From contig DAIDHF010000002.1 in NCBI GenBank assembly GCA_027452005.1, forward strand, positions 661 through 64,660: 64,000 bases of DNA, given 5' to 3'. How positions within the stretch are numbered: the first letter of the stretch is position 1; every line of letters begins with the position of its first letter. The notes below the pieces were generated by a model, which worked only from the letters and a program-made list of their open reading frames with translations, ran no database searches and was not told the DNA's origin. This DNA comes from Acidimicrobiales bacterium. GTDB lineage: Bacteria; Actinomycetota; Acidimicrobiia; Acidimicrobiales; JAKAVM01. A program made the translations under genes and the position numbers. Shown here one piece after another: positions 8,614 to 18,538 of this stretch.

Positions 8614-9783
8614 ATGCCCCCATACCTTGCCGGAAGACATCAAGAGTATGAGGAGTTCGGCCGCCTTCTTAAGCAAACGACCATCTTGGAGAATATGGTC
8701 CTCACGGGTCTGCGTGGGGTCGGCAAGACGGTCCTTTTGGACACTCTAAAGCCCCGGGCAATGCAGCAAGGATGGCTCTGGGCTGGAACCGATATGTCCG
8801 AGTCAGCCATGGTGAGCGAGGAAACAATGGCCCTTCGTCTACTCGCGGACCTAACGGTAATTACGTCATCGCTGACGGTTGAGTATCCAGCACCCCAACG
8901 GGTCGGTTTCAGCGTCCCTCAAGAGCCCATTCAGGTCCGGTTGTCCTATGACGTTCTCGTCTCCATTTTCACTAGCACTCCTGGCCTCGTGGTTGACAAG
9001 CTCAAGGCGGTCCTTGAGTTCGCATGGCAGCACCTGCAAGCCCAGGAACGACGAAGAGTCATATTTGCCTATGACGAGGCACAGAATTTATCGGACAACG
9101 CTACAAAGGAACAGTTCCCGCTTTCCGTACTATTGGACGTCTTTCAGTCAATCCAGAAGAAGGGAATTCCTTTCATGCTCCTCCTCACTGGTTTGCCAAC
9201 CCTGTTCCCAAAGCTCGTAGAGGCCAGAACCTTTGCAGAGCGAATGTTCAGAGTCGTTACGATCGGACGATTGAGCGACGACGAAAGTAAGGAGGCTATA
9301 GCCGTACCGATTAAAAGAGATCGCTGTCCCGTCTCATTTAGCACGGAATCCGTGAACATAATCTGCCAGGAATCAGCGGGCTATCCATACTTCATTCAAT
9401 TCATTTGCCGCGAAGTCTTCGATGTATTCATTCAACAAGCGGGGACTGGCGAGCCAATGGGAGTCCCGATTGATGCAATCCAAAGGAAACTAGACGCTGA
9501 CTTCTTTGCCGGACGTTGGGCGAGAGTTCCAGACCGCCAGCGTGAGCTGTTATGGGTTATTTCTAATGTGGAACACGCTGAAGAAGAGTTCACCATCCAA
9601 GAGCTAGTAGCACGAGCGAAGGAACTACTCATCAAAGGCTTCTCGCCAAGCCACGCAAATCAGATGCTCGTTAGGCTTGCAGATCAGGGGCTCATTTATA
9701 AGAATAGGCTTGGAAAGTACTCGTTTGCGGTTCCGCTTCTGGGCAGCTTCATCCGTCGGAACTATTGTCCTCCCACTGAGTAA
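8614..9783 (+). CDS. Orphan AAA+ ATPase (archaeal-ATPase/ORC-like) with probable C-terminal winged helix
   Basis: 389-aa ORF. It has an N-terminal LAGRHQEYEEFGRLL, Walker A GLRGVGKT and Walker B VIFAYDEAQ. The C-terminal about 80 aa (FTIQELVARAKELLIKGFSPSHANQMLVRLADQGLIYKNRLGKYSF) look wHTH-like. Confidence 0.65.
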   Translation: MPPYLAGRHQEYEEFGRLLKQTTILENMVLTGLRGVGKTVLLDTLKPRAMQQGWLWAGTDMSESAMVSEETMALRLLADLTVITSSLTVEYPAPQRVGFSVPQEPIQVRLSYDVLVSIFTSTPGLVVDKLKAVLEFAWQHLQAQERRRVIFAYDEAQNLSDNATKEQFPLSVLLDVFQSIQKKGIPFMLLLTGLPTLFPKLVEARTFAERMFRVVTIGRLSDDESKEAIAVPIKRDRCPVSFSTESVNIICQESAGYPYFIQFICREVFDVFIQQAGTGEPMGVPIDAIQRKLDADFFAGRWARVPDRQRELLWVISNVEHAEEEFTIQELVARAKELLIKGFSPSHANQMLVRLADQGLIYKNRLGKYSFAVPLLGSFIRRNYCPPTE

Positions 9784-9911
9784 TAGCGTCCTCCGTGCGA
9801 TCTTGGACCGCTCCTGCGCGGTCTGATTCTCAGCCCTGGCTTCGACAAAAAGAGAAGCAGGTTCTGATTTCTATACAGGTAAGCCTTCGCAATCGAGCTA
9901 AGTATTTATGT

Positions 9912-10955
9912 TCACCCAAGTTCCTGAGATAGCTCCCTTAGTCCCTCTAAAACCTTGTTAGCGGTCCCAGAGTCAATGGACTGTCTGGCAAGTTCAAGTC
10001 CCTCGTCCAAGGTTCCACATCTCCCAGCACAATAAATTGAGGCCCCGGCGTTTAGAAGTACAATATCTCGGTGTGGTCCATGTTCACCTGCCAACACGGA
10101 CCTGGTAAAGACGGCGTTTTGGGCTGGAGTACCTCCCTTTAGGTCACCTATGCCCGCCAACTTCAAACCGAACTGGCCGGGTTCAATGTCATAGACCTTG
10201 GACTTTACCTCGTTGGCCGATACTTCAATGATGGTAGAGGTTGCGGTCGTAGAGAGTTCATCGAGCCCGTCATGGCCGTGGAATACCAGGGCCCTCTTGA
10301 TTGCATTTTCACGTAGAACCATGGCCATCTTCGGGGCCATCTTTGGATCTCCCACACCGATTGTCTGGTATGAAACCCGGGCCGGGTTTGCGAGGGGCCC
10401 GAGGAAGTTGAAAATGGTCGGAACCCCCAGGGCACTTCTAATGGGCCCTGCATACCGCATGGCCGGATGAAATACCGGGGCCAGACAAAATCCCATCCCG
10501 ACACTCTCGACACACCTGGCGACTTGGTCTGGTTCAAGGCTGATCACCACGCCGAGTTCTTCCAACACGTCGGCCGAGCCCGATGCGGAACTGGCCGCCC
10601 GGTTGCCGTGCTTTACAACCGGGATCCCGGCTCCGGCGACCACGAAGGCCGAGATGGTCGACACGTTGATGGTCCCCAAACGATCCCCGCCGGTCCCACA
10701 GGTATCAATTGCGTCACCGTCTATCTTCAAGGGCCTGGCAAAAGACAGCATGGCCCGGACCATTCCGGTTATCTCCTGCGCGGTCTCTCCTTTTTGTCGC
10801 ATCCCGATAAGAAATGCCCCAATTTGGCTGTCTTGAGCCGTACCGGACAGGATCTCAACCATAACCGCAAATGCCTCTTCACCTGCCAAGTCTTGCGGAG
10901 CGGAGAGCTTGGAAAATATAGCCGGCCATCCCCCCATCTCAGCTAGTCCCACCAC
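9912..10955 (-). CDS. trpD: Anthranilate phosphoribosyltransferase
   Basis: 347-aa ORF with the DTCGTGGDRLGTINVST and KHGNRAASSASGSADVLE motifs. Confidence 0.9.
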   Translation of the reverse strand: MVGLAEMGGWPAIFSKLSAPQDLAGEEAFAVMVEILSGTAQDSQIGAFLIGMRQKGETAQEITGMVRAMLSFARPLKIDGDAIDTCGTGGDRLGTINVSTISAFVVAGAGIPVVKHGNRAASSASGSADVLEELGVVISLEPDQVARCVESVGMGFCLAPVFHPAMRYAGPIRSALGVPTIFNFLGPLANPARVSYQTIGVGDPKMAPKMAMVLRENAIKRALVFHGHDGLDELSTTATSTIIEVSANEVKSKVYDIEPGQFGLKLAGIGDLKGGTPAQNAVFTRSVLAGEHGPHRDIVLLNAGASIYCAGRCGTLDEGLELARQSIDSGTANKVLEGLRELSQELG

Positions 10956-12139
10956 AGGTCACCATCCAAGACACCCCGGGCAATGAGCCCTAGTTGCACC
11001 TGAGAGCTTCCCTCGACGATGGTTAGTTGCCTGGCGTCACGGTAGAAGAGTTCGGTGAGATGATCTTCCATGTATCCAGCGGCCCCGAGTAGCTGAACGG
11101 CCAAACCTGACGCCTTTACGGCCAGCTCAGAGGCGTAGTACTTGGCAGTCGACAGGTACGGGACCCACTCCTTGGTAAACCTACCCTGGTCGGCCAGCCA
11201 GGCGGCGCGGTAGGTGAGAAGCCTGGCGGCCTCGATCTCGGTGGCCACCTTGGCTATCTCCCACTGGATGCCCTGGAAGTCGGCGATCGTCTTACCAAAG
11301 GCGGGCCGACTCTTGACGTACTCGGTCGCATACATCAGGGCACCTTCGGCCAGCCCGATTCCGCGGGCGGCCACTATTGGTCGCATCGAATTCAAACCCA
11401 GCATGGCCAGCCTAAAACCACCCAGGCTCCCGATCAGGTTTTCAGCGGGGACCTCAACGTTTTCTAGGATGAGTTCGCCTGTGTCGACTCCTTTGACCCC
11501 CATCTTGTGATCGAGTCGCCCGACCGACACCCCGGGGAGGATTCGGTCGACAATAAATGCACTCACGCTGTCGTGACGCCGGGAGGTCGGGTCACACTTT
11601 TCGTCATGTCGGTCCGGGGGTGGGGTCTTGGCGAACACGCAGTACCAGTCGGCCTGGGCAACCCCGGACATCCAGCACTTGACTCCATTGAGGATCCAGG
11701 TTCCATTACCTGAGGGTTCTGCCCGGGTGGTAATTCCCATCACATCACTACCAGCCTGGGGTTCAGATAATCCAAAAGCCGCCCGGAGGGTCCCGTCGGC
11801 AATCCCGGGTAGGTACTTCTTTTTTTGCTCGTCAGAACCGGCAATCAGGACGGGTCCGGTCGGAAGACGGGTCAAGAGCAACATCAACGAGACCACGTTG
11901 GAATACTTGGCGACCTCCTCGATTGCAATAGTCAGTCCTAGGATCCCTGCCCCAGACCCGCCATACTCTTCGGGGATACACAGCCCGAGGAGCCCGGCGC
12001 GTTGTAGCTCGTCAAAGATGTCTTGGGGATATACCCCACTGCTATCTATCTCTCGTGCCCTGGGCTTAATCTTGTCCCGGGCCATCCGGCGTACAGATTG
12101 GGTTAGCTCGGCTAGCTCGGCTGAAAGTTCAAAGTCCAT
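10943..12139 (-). CDS. Acyl-CoA dehydrogenase
   Basis: 398-aa ORF with the ACAD pattern: FGLSEPQAGSD, WILNGVKCWMSG, and C-terminal QLLGAAGYMEDHLTELFYRDARQLTIVEGSSQVQ. Confidence 0.85.
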   Translation of the reverse strand: MDFELSAELAELTQSVRRMARDKIKPRAREIDSSGVYPQDIFDELQRAGLLGLCIPEEYGGSGAGILGLTIAIEEVAKYSNVVSLMLLLTRLPTGPVLIAGSDEQKKKYLPGIADGTLRAAFGLSEPQAGSDVMGITTRAEPSGNGTWILNGVKCWMSGVAQADWYCVFAKTPPPDRHDEKCDPTSRRHDSVSAFIVDRILPGVSVGRLDHKMGVKGVDTGELILENVEVPAENLIGSLGGFRLAMLGLNSMRPIVAARGIGLAEGALMYATEYVKSRPAFGKTIADFQGIQWEIAKVATEIEAARLLTYRAAWLADQGRFTKEWVPYLSTAKYYASELAVKASGLAVQLLGAAGYMEDHLTELFYRDARQLTIVEGSSQVQLGLIARGVLDGDLWWD

Positions 12140-12333
12140 CCCTCGACTTTAGTGCATCAAAGAACCTTCTAGCCCTTTAGATTGGCCAGCGGCCCTTTTA
12201 TTTCTAAGAACGTGCACTGTGAGAGCTACCGGCAAGTGTCACTCAAGTTCCACCCAAAAGTACAGGTATCCCAAGCCAAATTCCTCCCATGCCAACTCCC
12301 GGCTTTGGAGGACGGCTCTCTCTAGCCTGTTAG

Positions 12334-12588
12334 CTAAGCGCTTTTGCGGCGGAGCCGGATAATTCTACGACGCTCTTTTTCAGTGGTACCCCCCCAAACT
12401 CCCTCGGTCTCGCGAGCTACAATTGCGTACTCCAAACAGGCCTCTCTCACCGGGCACGAAGCACATATCTTCAAGGCCGGGCCCGCTAAGTCTTCAGATA
12501 CCGGGTAGAAGGTATCTGGGTTGGCACCTCGGCATGACGCCTGCTCCATCCAGGGCTGGGTTACCTTGGAGACCTTTGGGCCTTTCAT
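12334..12588 (-). CDS. WhiB-family [4Fe-4S] transcription factor
   Basis: 84-aa ORF with four Cys in the WhiB spacing (SCRG...CASCPVREAC) and the tail GVWGGTTEKERRRI. Confidence 0.9.
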   Translation of the reverse strand: MKGPKVSKVTQPWMEQASCRGANPDTFYPVSEDLAGPALKICASCPVREACLEYAIVARETEGVWGGTTEKERRRIIRLRRKSA

Positions 12589-12663
12589 ACTTGATTCAAC
12601 ATACCCACCGGAAATTTATTCCGGCCTCCTTTACCAACCCCGATCAGGTCTCCCGGGTCCCCT

Positions 12664-13269
12664 TTATCCCCCGTTGGTGAGGTCTGAGACCAACTGGGCC
12701 CGGGTTGCCTCCTCTAAGGTGGTCCGGTAAGAGTACGACGGATGGTCAATAACCAAAGACACACCGGACCCTTCAAAGTCCCGGACCTGGTCGGGGTCCA
12801 GGTCAAAGTCGACGTAATGTACCGCGCTGGTCACGTCTTGGCGGGTTAGCTGGTCACCGTGGGACGGGTCCACCGTGCAGCGCACCAGGTAGGGGATCTG
12901 GTCTGGACGGGAGACCTCAAAACACACGGCCGTCTCGATCCCGACCAACTTGGGAAGCCAGTAGCGCATGTCGTCTTGGGCGGTAAGTTCAATAAACAGG
13001 GTCGCTCTAAGTTGCCCGGGACCAGGAATCAGTGGGTTATATATCTCGATCTCTTTTTCTACCAGGTCGTTTGAGAAAATTCTTTCAGCCCTGATCATCT
13101 CTTGGATCTGAAACCGGACCGTGTGGCGATTTTCAAAGACTAAAGTGACTACCGGTCCAACCTGGACTCGTCTGACCTTCTTGAGGCCAATAATAAAATT
13201 GAGGAACTCCGGGCGATTGGCCTCATAGGCCCGGACGTCTTCAATGTCGGCCAAGGTTAATTTACCCAT
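12664..13269 (-). CDS. DUF3501-family protein
   Basis: The ORF-track entry extends to 13389 and overlaps the upstream gene. ATG at 13269 (MGKLTLADIEDVRAYEANRPEF...) lies 20 nt after that gene's stop and gives about 201 aa. The call rests on my recollection of the conserved rubrerythrin / Fe-S / DUF3501 neighbourhood. Confidence 0.6.
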   Translation of the reverse strand: MGKLTLADIEDVRAYEANRPEFLNFIIGLKKVRRVQVGPVVTLVFENRHTVRFQIQEMIRAERIFSNDLVEKEIEIYNPLIPGPGQLRATLFIELTAQDDMRYWLPKLVGIETAVCFEVSRPDQIPYLVRCTVDPSHGDQLTRQDVTSAVHYVDFDLDPDQVRDFEGSGVSLVIDHPSYSYRTTLEEATRAQLVSDLTNGG

Positions 13270-13289
13270 CAAAATACCCAACAGTTCTC

Positions 13290-14618
13290 TTACCCACGGG
13301 GTAACCCATAAGCCCGGGCCAAGACTTCCATAGGGTGGAGCGGGGTTGAGATCCCGTCCTCGGCAATAGCCGTGTTGGCCAGATGACAATCTCCTATCAC
13401 GATCTTTTCTTGGGATTCGGCCACTTTACCAAGTTCGGCCTTGAGGGCGTCCGTCAAGATCTTGCCGACCTTTTTGGACTCGTCATAGTTGGCCTTTCTG
13501 TACCCCCAGGTCCCGTCGATACCCGAGCACTTGGGTACAATGGTCACCTTGACCCCGGCCAACTTCAACAGGTCGCGGGCCCGGACCCCGGCGTTGAGAG
13601 CCTGGTGATGACAGGCCACGTGATAGACCACACTTTCTGGCACCTGCCCGGAAAAGTCAGTTGCAAGCTCTTTATCTGGGTCGACCTTGAGCCGGTTGAG
13701 GTACTCACTGGGTTCAAACACCCGGGCTGAGACCTCCTCGGCCAGGGTACTCTTCACATATTGCGGGTAGTCCTTTTTAAGGACGTACGCACAGGTGGGC
13801 TGGGCAACCACGATGTCTCGACCTGCCTCAATTTCTCCTTGTAAGGCCGAAAGATTTTTCCGAGCAACCTGCTTGAACTTGTCTACTTCCCCGCTGTGTA
13901 ACCAGGGGGCCCCGCAGCACCGGGCCGAGTCTGGGAGGGAACACTCGACGTTGTTGTGCTCGAACACCCCAACCAGATCCATCCCGATCTCGGGGTTCAT
14001 GTACTCCACAAAACAGGTCGGATAGATCGAGGCTCGCGCCTGGGGCTCTAACCCACCGGGACCCCCTGGAGCCCTTTGTGGAGTCCTGGAGGAGAACCAC
14101 CGCGAGAATCTCCGTCGGCTATAGGTCGGAAGTGACCTCTTCGAGGAGATGCCCACCAGCCTCTCGACTACCTTGCGCGCGGGACTTCCCGTTGAAGTCA
14201 TCTCGCGGTTGACAACCGGGGCGGCCACACTTGAGATCCTTCCAACCAAATCCGTGTTTCCCAGGGCCTGGTTGGTTACTCTATCCTTCCACGACATGGT
14301 CTGACCAGCTATAGCGTTCGCCCTCATGATCATACGCGGAAAGTCCAGGGCCCACTCGTGCGGGGGCACGTACGGACACTTGACGTAACACAACTTACAC
14401 TGGTAGCACTCAGAGACTACCTGGTCTTGTTGAATCGTGGTCATCTTGTCGACCTGCCCGTCTAGGTCGTCGACAAAGCCAAACAGAGTTGGAAATGACG
14501 GACACAAGTTGAAACACAACCGACACCCGTGGCAGAGATCAAAGACCCTCTCTAGCTCACCTCTTAGATCGGACTCGCTGTAGTACCTGGGGTGATCGGG
14601 GTCATAGGTTGTTGTCAC
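13290..14618 (-). CDS. (Fe-S)-binding oxidoreductase, HdrD/GlpC-like (2x[4Fe-4S] plus CCG domains)
   Basis: 442-aa ORF with ferredoxin motifs CHGCRLCFNLCPSFP and CYQCKLCYVKCPYVPP. Cys-rich CCG-type segments follow (ARCCGAPW, VPKCSGIDGTWG). Confidence 0.75.
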   Translation of the reverse strand: MTTTYDPDHPRYYSESDLRGELERVFDLCHGCRLCFNLCPSFPTLFGFVDDLDGQVDKMTTIQQDQVVSECYQCKLCYVKCPYVPPHEWALDFPRMIMRANAIAGQTMSWKDRVTNQALGNTDLVGRISSVAAPVVNREMTSTGSPARKVVERLVGISSKRSLPTYSRRRFSRWFSSRTPQRAPGGPGGLEPQARASIYPTCFVEYMNPEIGMDLVGVFEHNNVECSLPDSARCCGAPWLHSGEVDKFKQVARKNLSALQGEIEAGRDIVVAQPTCAYVLKKDYPQYVKSTLAEEVSARVFEPSEYLNRLKVDPDKELATDFSGQVPESVVYHVACHHQALNAGVRARDLLKLAGVKVTIVPKCSGIDGTWGYRKANYDESKKVGKILTDALKAELGKVAESQEKIVIGDCHLANTAIAEDGISTPLHPMEVLARAYGLPRG

Positions 14619-14640
14619 CGAAAAAACAAGACCTACCTGA

Positions 14641-15135
14641 TCAGGAGATTGACTTTAGTCCCTCGGTGAATCGCCCGGCGTGACTTCGCTCTGCCCGAGC
14701 CAGGGTCTCAAGCCACTGGGAGATCTCCTCAAATCCTTCGTCTCGGGCGGTCTTGGCAAACCCGGGGTACATCTCGGTGTACTCATAGGTCTCGCCCTCG
14801 ATGGCCGACTTCAAGTTGTCCTCGGTCGGGCCAACCGGTACCCCGGTAACCGGATCTCCTGATTCGGCCAGAAAATCAAAGTGCCCGAAGGCGTGACCGG
14901 TCTCGCCTTCAGCGACCGACCTAAACAGGGCGGCCACATCCGGGTAGCCTTCAATATCGGCCTTCTGTGCGAAGTACAGGTACCGACGATTGGCCTGGCT
15001 CTCGCCCGCGAAGGCCTCCTTTAGGTTCTTTTCGGTCTGGGTTCCCTTTATTGCTGGCACTGGTCTTTCTCCTTGTTTTTTCTCGTCTATGGTCTGAGTT
15101 CTGTAATTAAACCTAGTGCCAATTGAACCGGTCAA
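14641..15135 (-). CDS. Rubrerythrin-family diiron protein (no rubredoxin domain)
   Basis: 164-aa ORF with two ExxH diiron motifs ([14 protein letters not shown] and [11 protein letters not shown]) and [19 protein letters not shown]. The true start may be internal. Confidence 0.8.
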   Translation of the reverse strand: MTGSIGTRFNYRTQTIDEKKQGERPVPAIKGTQTEKNLKEAFAGESQANRRYLYFAQKADIEGYPDVAALFRSVAEGETGHAFGHFDFLAESGDPVTGVPVGPTEDNLKSAIEGETYEYTEMYPGFAKTARDEGFEEISQWLETLARAERSHAGRFTEGLKSIS

Positions 15136-15283
15136 CTAATTGAGCCACTCACCCGGATTTGCTTTTCGTGGTTCTCGGCATCGAAGCCTTCTAATCGTGG
15201 GCCTAATGCCAATTATTGTTAGGAATATTAGAAGACATTTACAACGAGTTCGGGCTTTGTGGCAGACTCAACGAGTGAACCAA

Positions 15284-16942
15284 ATGTTGGACCGCAAGAG
15301 GTCCCTTGACCGCTTGACCAGTGACCACTTTGACCTCCTAATAGTCGGGGGTGGGATCACCGGCTGTGGGATAGCCCTAGACGGGGCCAGTCGAGGACTC
15401 AAGGTGGCACTAATTGACAAGGGAGACTTTGCCTCGGGAACGTCATCTAAGTCGTCCAAGCTGGTCCACGGGGGCCTGCGGTATCTAGAACAACACGAGT
15501 TCAAGCTGGTCTATGAGTCTCTCCACGAGCGCCAGCGCCTCCTGAGCAACGCCTCGTACTTGGTCGAGCCACAGCCATTTTTGATCCCCCTCTTTGGGAA
15601 GGGCGGGATTGCAGACAAGACGGTTGCCCGGACCTATGCCACGGCCCTTTGGATATATGACATAACCGGGGGTCTCAGGATTGGCAAGGCCCATAAGCGG
15701 GTCTCCCGAGACCAGGCCCTGGCACACCTACCAACCCTCAAGACCGACCGCCTGGCGGCCGGGTTTATCTATTACGACGCCCGGGTCGACGACGCCCGAC
15801 TTACCCTAGAGATCGCCAAGACGGCAGCCGAAAGATTCGGGGCCACGATTGCTAACTACGTCCAGGCCACCCAGGTTGTAAAGGATGACTCGGGCAAGAT
15901 TTGCGGGGTGACCGTGGCCGGAGAGGAGATTGCCCCTGGGACAACTATCTCCGCCCGGGTCGTGGTCAATTCCACCGGGGTCTGGGCCGACGAACTGCGC
16001 GAGACTGACGAGGGAGAGCTATCCCACTCAATCCGTCCGGCCAAAGGGATCCACATAGCCGTGCCCTCCACCAAGCTCCCGTGCGATATCGCCTCGGTGA
16101 TCCCGGTCAAAAAAGACCGCAGGTCGATATTTATAATTCCATGGGCCTGGGGAGGCCAGACCTATATCGGGACCACCGACACCGACTACACCGGTCCCTT
16201 AGATGACCCCGAGTGTACCCCGCAGGACGTGGCCTACCTCTTGGACGCAGTCAACACGTTCTTGACTGAACCTATATCGTCTAAAGATATCATCGGGATA
16301 TGGGCCGGGCTTAGACCCCTGGTTGCCAGTGGCTCAAAGTCAAAGAGTTCAAGAACGGCCGACTTGTCAAGACGCCACCACATATTCACATCACCCTCTG
16401 GCCTGATCACGATAACCGGGGGCAAGCTAACCACCTACCGACAGATGGCCCAGGACTGTGTTGACATGGTCGTGGCTGCCCTGGGTCGCCCGAAGGTGAG
16501 ATGCCAGACCAAGAACCTGGCCCTGTTAGGAGCTGGCCAGGTCGACGAGGACTCCTTTAGCGAGTTGGTCACCAAGTTGTCGCTCTCCCAGGATGTGGCC
16601 ACGACGTTGAGGCGGCGCTATGGATCCCGGGCAATTGACGTGCTCGGCGGGTGTGTGGATAATCCAAGTCTGGCCGAGCCCATGGTGGTCGGGACCCCAT
16701 ATATTCTTGGTGAGATCTCCTATGCCATAAAACACGAGATGGCTCAGACTATTGAAGACGTCGTGGCCAGACGGACCCGGGCCCTGCTCATCAACCAGCC
16801 CGGGCTCCTAGAGTCCCTAGAGAAGATCTCCCAGGTGGTAGCTAACGGGCTCGGCTGGGACGAGGATACCCGCAAGGCCCGGGTAGAGGAGTTTATGGCC
16901 TCAACTAGAAAACGTTCGGAATTTGCCGGGCTGGTGACCTAG
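15284..16942 (+). CDS. glpD: FAD-dependent glycerol-3-phosphate dehydrogenase
   Basis: DLLIVGGGITGCGIALDGASRGLKVALIDKGDFASGTSSKSSKLVHGGLRYLE. The ORF track starts at TTG 15140. ATG 15284 (MLDRKRS...) fits the usual N-terminus better. Confidence 0.85.
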   Translation: MLDRKRSLDRLTSDHFDLLIVGGGITGCGIALDGASRGLKVALIDKGDFASGTSSKSSKLVHGGLRYLEQHEFKLVYESLHERQRLLSNASYLVEPQPFLIPLFGKGGIADKTVARTYATALWIYDITGGLRIGKAHKRVSRDQALAHLPTLKTDRLAAGFIYYDARVDDARLTLEIAKTAAERFGATIANYVQATQVVKDDSGKICGVTVAGEEIAPGTTISARVVVNSTGVWADELRETDEGELSHSIRPAKGIHIAVPSTKLPCDIASVIPVKKDRRSIFIIPWAWGGQTYIGTTDTDYTGPLDDPECTPQDVAYLLDAVNTFLTEPISSKDIIGIWAGLRPLVASGSKSKSSRTADLSRRHHIFTSPSGLITITGGKLTTYRQMAQDCVDMVVAALGRPKVRCQTKNLALLGAGQVDEDSFSELVTKLSLSQDVATTLRRRYGSRAIDVLGGCVDNPSLAEPMVVGTPYILGEISYAIKHEMAQTIEDVVARRTRALLINQPGLLESLEKISQVVANGLGWDEDTRKARVEEFMASTRKRSEFAGLVT

Positions 16943-16968
16943 AATCCTACCCGGAAAGGATTGAACTA

Positions 16969-18495
16969 ATGACCCAGCCAACTCCCCCGATAGAGTTTTC
17001 AACCCGGGACTACACAGAGATAACCCCCCGACTTGAGACCTCTAGTCGAAACCTGCCCGAGTCCTTTGTAAGCCTGATCTCAAAAGCGTGTTCGAAGGTG
17101 TCCACTGACCCTAGGGACCTGGTCGAGGCCGGTAGAGATTGGTGGCCGTACTCCTTGCACTGGGCCCTTGAGAACCAGGTCCCGGCCCTGGCCCAGGTGA
17201 TAGCTTCCCCAGCAAACGCCCGAGAGGTGGCCGATGTGTTGCGTGCGTGCACTGAGGCCCAGGTCCCGGTAACCGCCTTCGGGGGACGCTCAGGGGTGTG
17301 TGGATCCTCGGTCCCGGTCTTTGGCGGACTGGGCCTTGATATGGGACGGATGTCCGGGGTCGTCGAGATCGATCCCGACTCTCTGGTCGCCCGGGTACTT
17401 CCCGGGACCTACGGGCCTGACCTGGAGATCGCCCTGAGGGAACAGGGATTTACCTTAGGGCACTGGCCCCAGTCAGTGGCCATCTCTACCGTGGGCGGCT
17501 GGTTGGCCTGTCGGGGAGCTGGCCAGTACTCAACCCGATACGGGAAGATCGACGACATGGTGGTCTCCTTAGAGGTCGTTTTGGCCAACGGAGACATCAT
17601 CAGGACCGGTCCGGGGGCACCAAAGTCATCCAACGGTCCTGACCTGACCGGTCTGTTCGTGGGATCGGAGGGAACCCTCGGGGTCATCACCGAGGGGACC
17701 TTTGTAGTTCACCCAGTCCCCGACGTTGAACGCCGGGTGGCGTTCTCCTTTGACAGCTTTGCCCAAGGCCTAGAGGTATGTCGAAAGATCCTCCGCAGAG
17801 GTGCCACCCCGTGTGTGATCCGCCTATATGACGCTACTGAAACCCAGCGCAACTTCGGGTTAGACAACGCGAACCTGCTCATCGTCCTAGACGAGGGGGA
17901 CTTAGAGATTACCGAGGCCACCATGCGCGTGGTCGAGTCCGAGGCCCTGCAATCAGGTGGTGCCCTCCAAGACGTCGGGTTGGTCGGCAAGTGGCTCGAG
18001 CACCGCAATGACACCTCGGCCCTGCAAAACCTGACCAAGATGGGAATCGTGGTCGACACGATCGAGATCGCCGCCAGGTGGAGCTGTCTTGAAAAAATCC
18101 GTACCAGGGCCATTGAGAAGCTGTCGGCCCTAGAGGGGATACTCAACGCCTCGGTCCACCAGAGCCACTCCTATCCTTCTGGAGCCTGTCTGTACTTTAC
18201 CTTTGCCGGCAACGCCCCCGAAGGTACCCAAGACCCCACGGCCTGGGGAGACTCGTTCTACAAGAGAGCCTGGGAGGCCGTTATGGAGGCGACCACAACC
18301 CACGGGGGCACCATTAGCCACCACCACGGGATCGGACTGGTTCGCTCCAAGTACATGGCCCAGGAACTCGGTCAAGGAGGCCTAGACGCCCTGCGCGCTA
18401 TAAAGTCGGTCTTAGACCCGAGTGGAATACTCAACCCGGGAAAGCTGGGAATGGCAAGTTGCTTTGGAGATCTAAAGGACATACCGGGTGTCTAA
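16969..18495 (+). CDS. FAD-linked oxidase (GlcD / alkyl-DHAP-synthase-like)
   Basis: 508-aa ORF. It has an FAD_binding_4-type region (VTAFGGRSGVCGSSVP...), a GPDLTGLFVGSEGTLGVIT motif and the C-terminal HHHGIGLVRSKYM. Confidence 0.75.
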   Translation: MTQPTPPIEFSTRDYTEITPRLETSSRNLPESFVSLISKACSKVSTDPRDLVEAGRDWWPYSLHWALENQVPALAQVIASPANAREVADVLRACTEAQVPVTAFGGRSGVCGSSVPVFGGLGLDMGRMSGVVEIDPDSLVARVLPGTYGPDLEIALREQGFTLGHWPQSVAISTVGGWLACRGAGQYSTRYGKIDDMVVSLEVVLANGDIIRTGPGAPKSSNGPDLTGLFVGSEGTLGVITEGTFVVHPVPDVERRVAFSFDSFAQGLEVCRKILRRGATPCVIRLYDATETQRNFGLDNANLLIVLDEGDLEITEATMRVVESEALQSGGALQDVGLVGKWLEHRNDTSALQNLTKMGIVVDTIEIAARWSCLEKIRTRAIEKLSALEGILNASVHQSHSYPSGACLYFTFAGNAPEGTQDPTAWGDSFYKRAWEAVMEATTTHGGTISHHHGIGLVRSKYMAQELGQGGLDALRAIKSVLDPSGILNPGKLGMASCFGDLKDIPGV

Positions 18496-18538
18496 CCCGT
18501 TGTCTCGACCTGTATCTCGTGGCATCGTGGAACGATAG

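Noticed and set aside
9806-9823. Hairpin GACCGC-N6-GCGGTC between the convergent ATPase and trpD genes
   Set aside because: The stem is 6 bp with no following T-tract on either strand, so it is not convincing as a terminator.
13270-13389. N-terminal extensions in the ORF track. They occur in the DUF3501 gene here, and also at 15140-15283 (glpD), 41009-41098 (kdpE), 46529-46663 (kdpD-N), 57212-57310 (lipoprotein) and 55541-55606 (SDR-DCC)
   Set aside because: The extensions overlap upstream genes or add non-homologous leaders. Internal starts restore typical N-termini and tight gene junctions.
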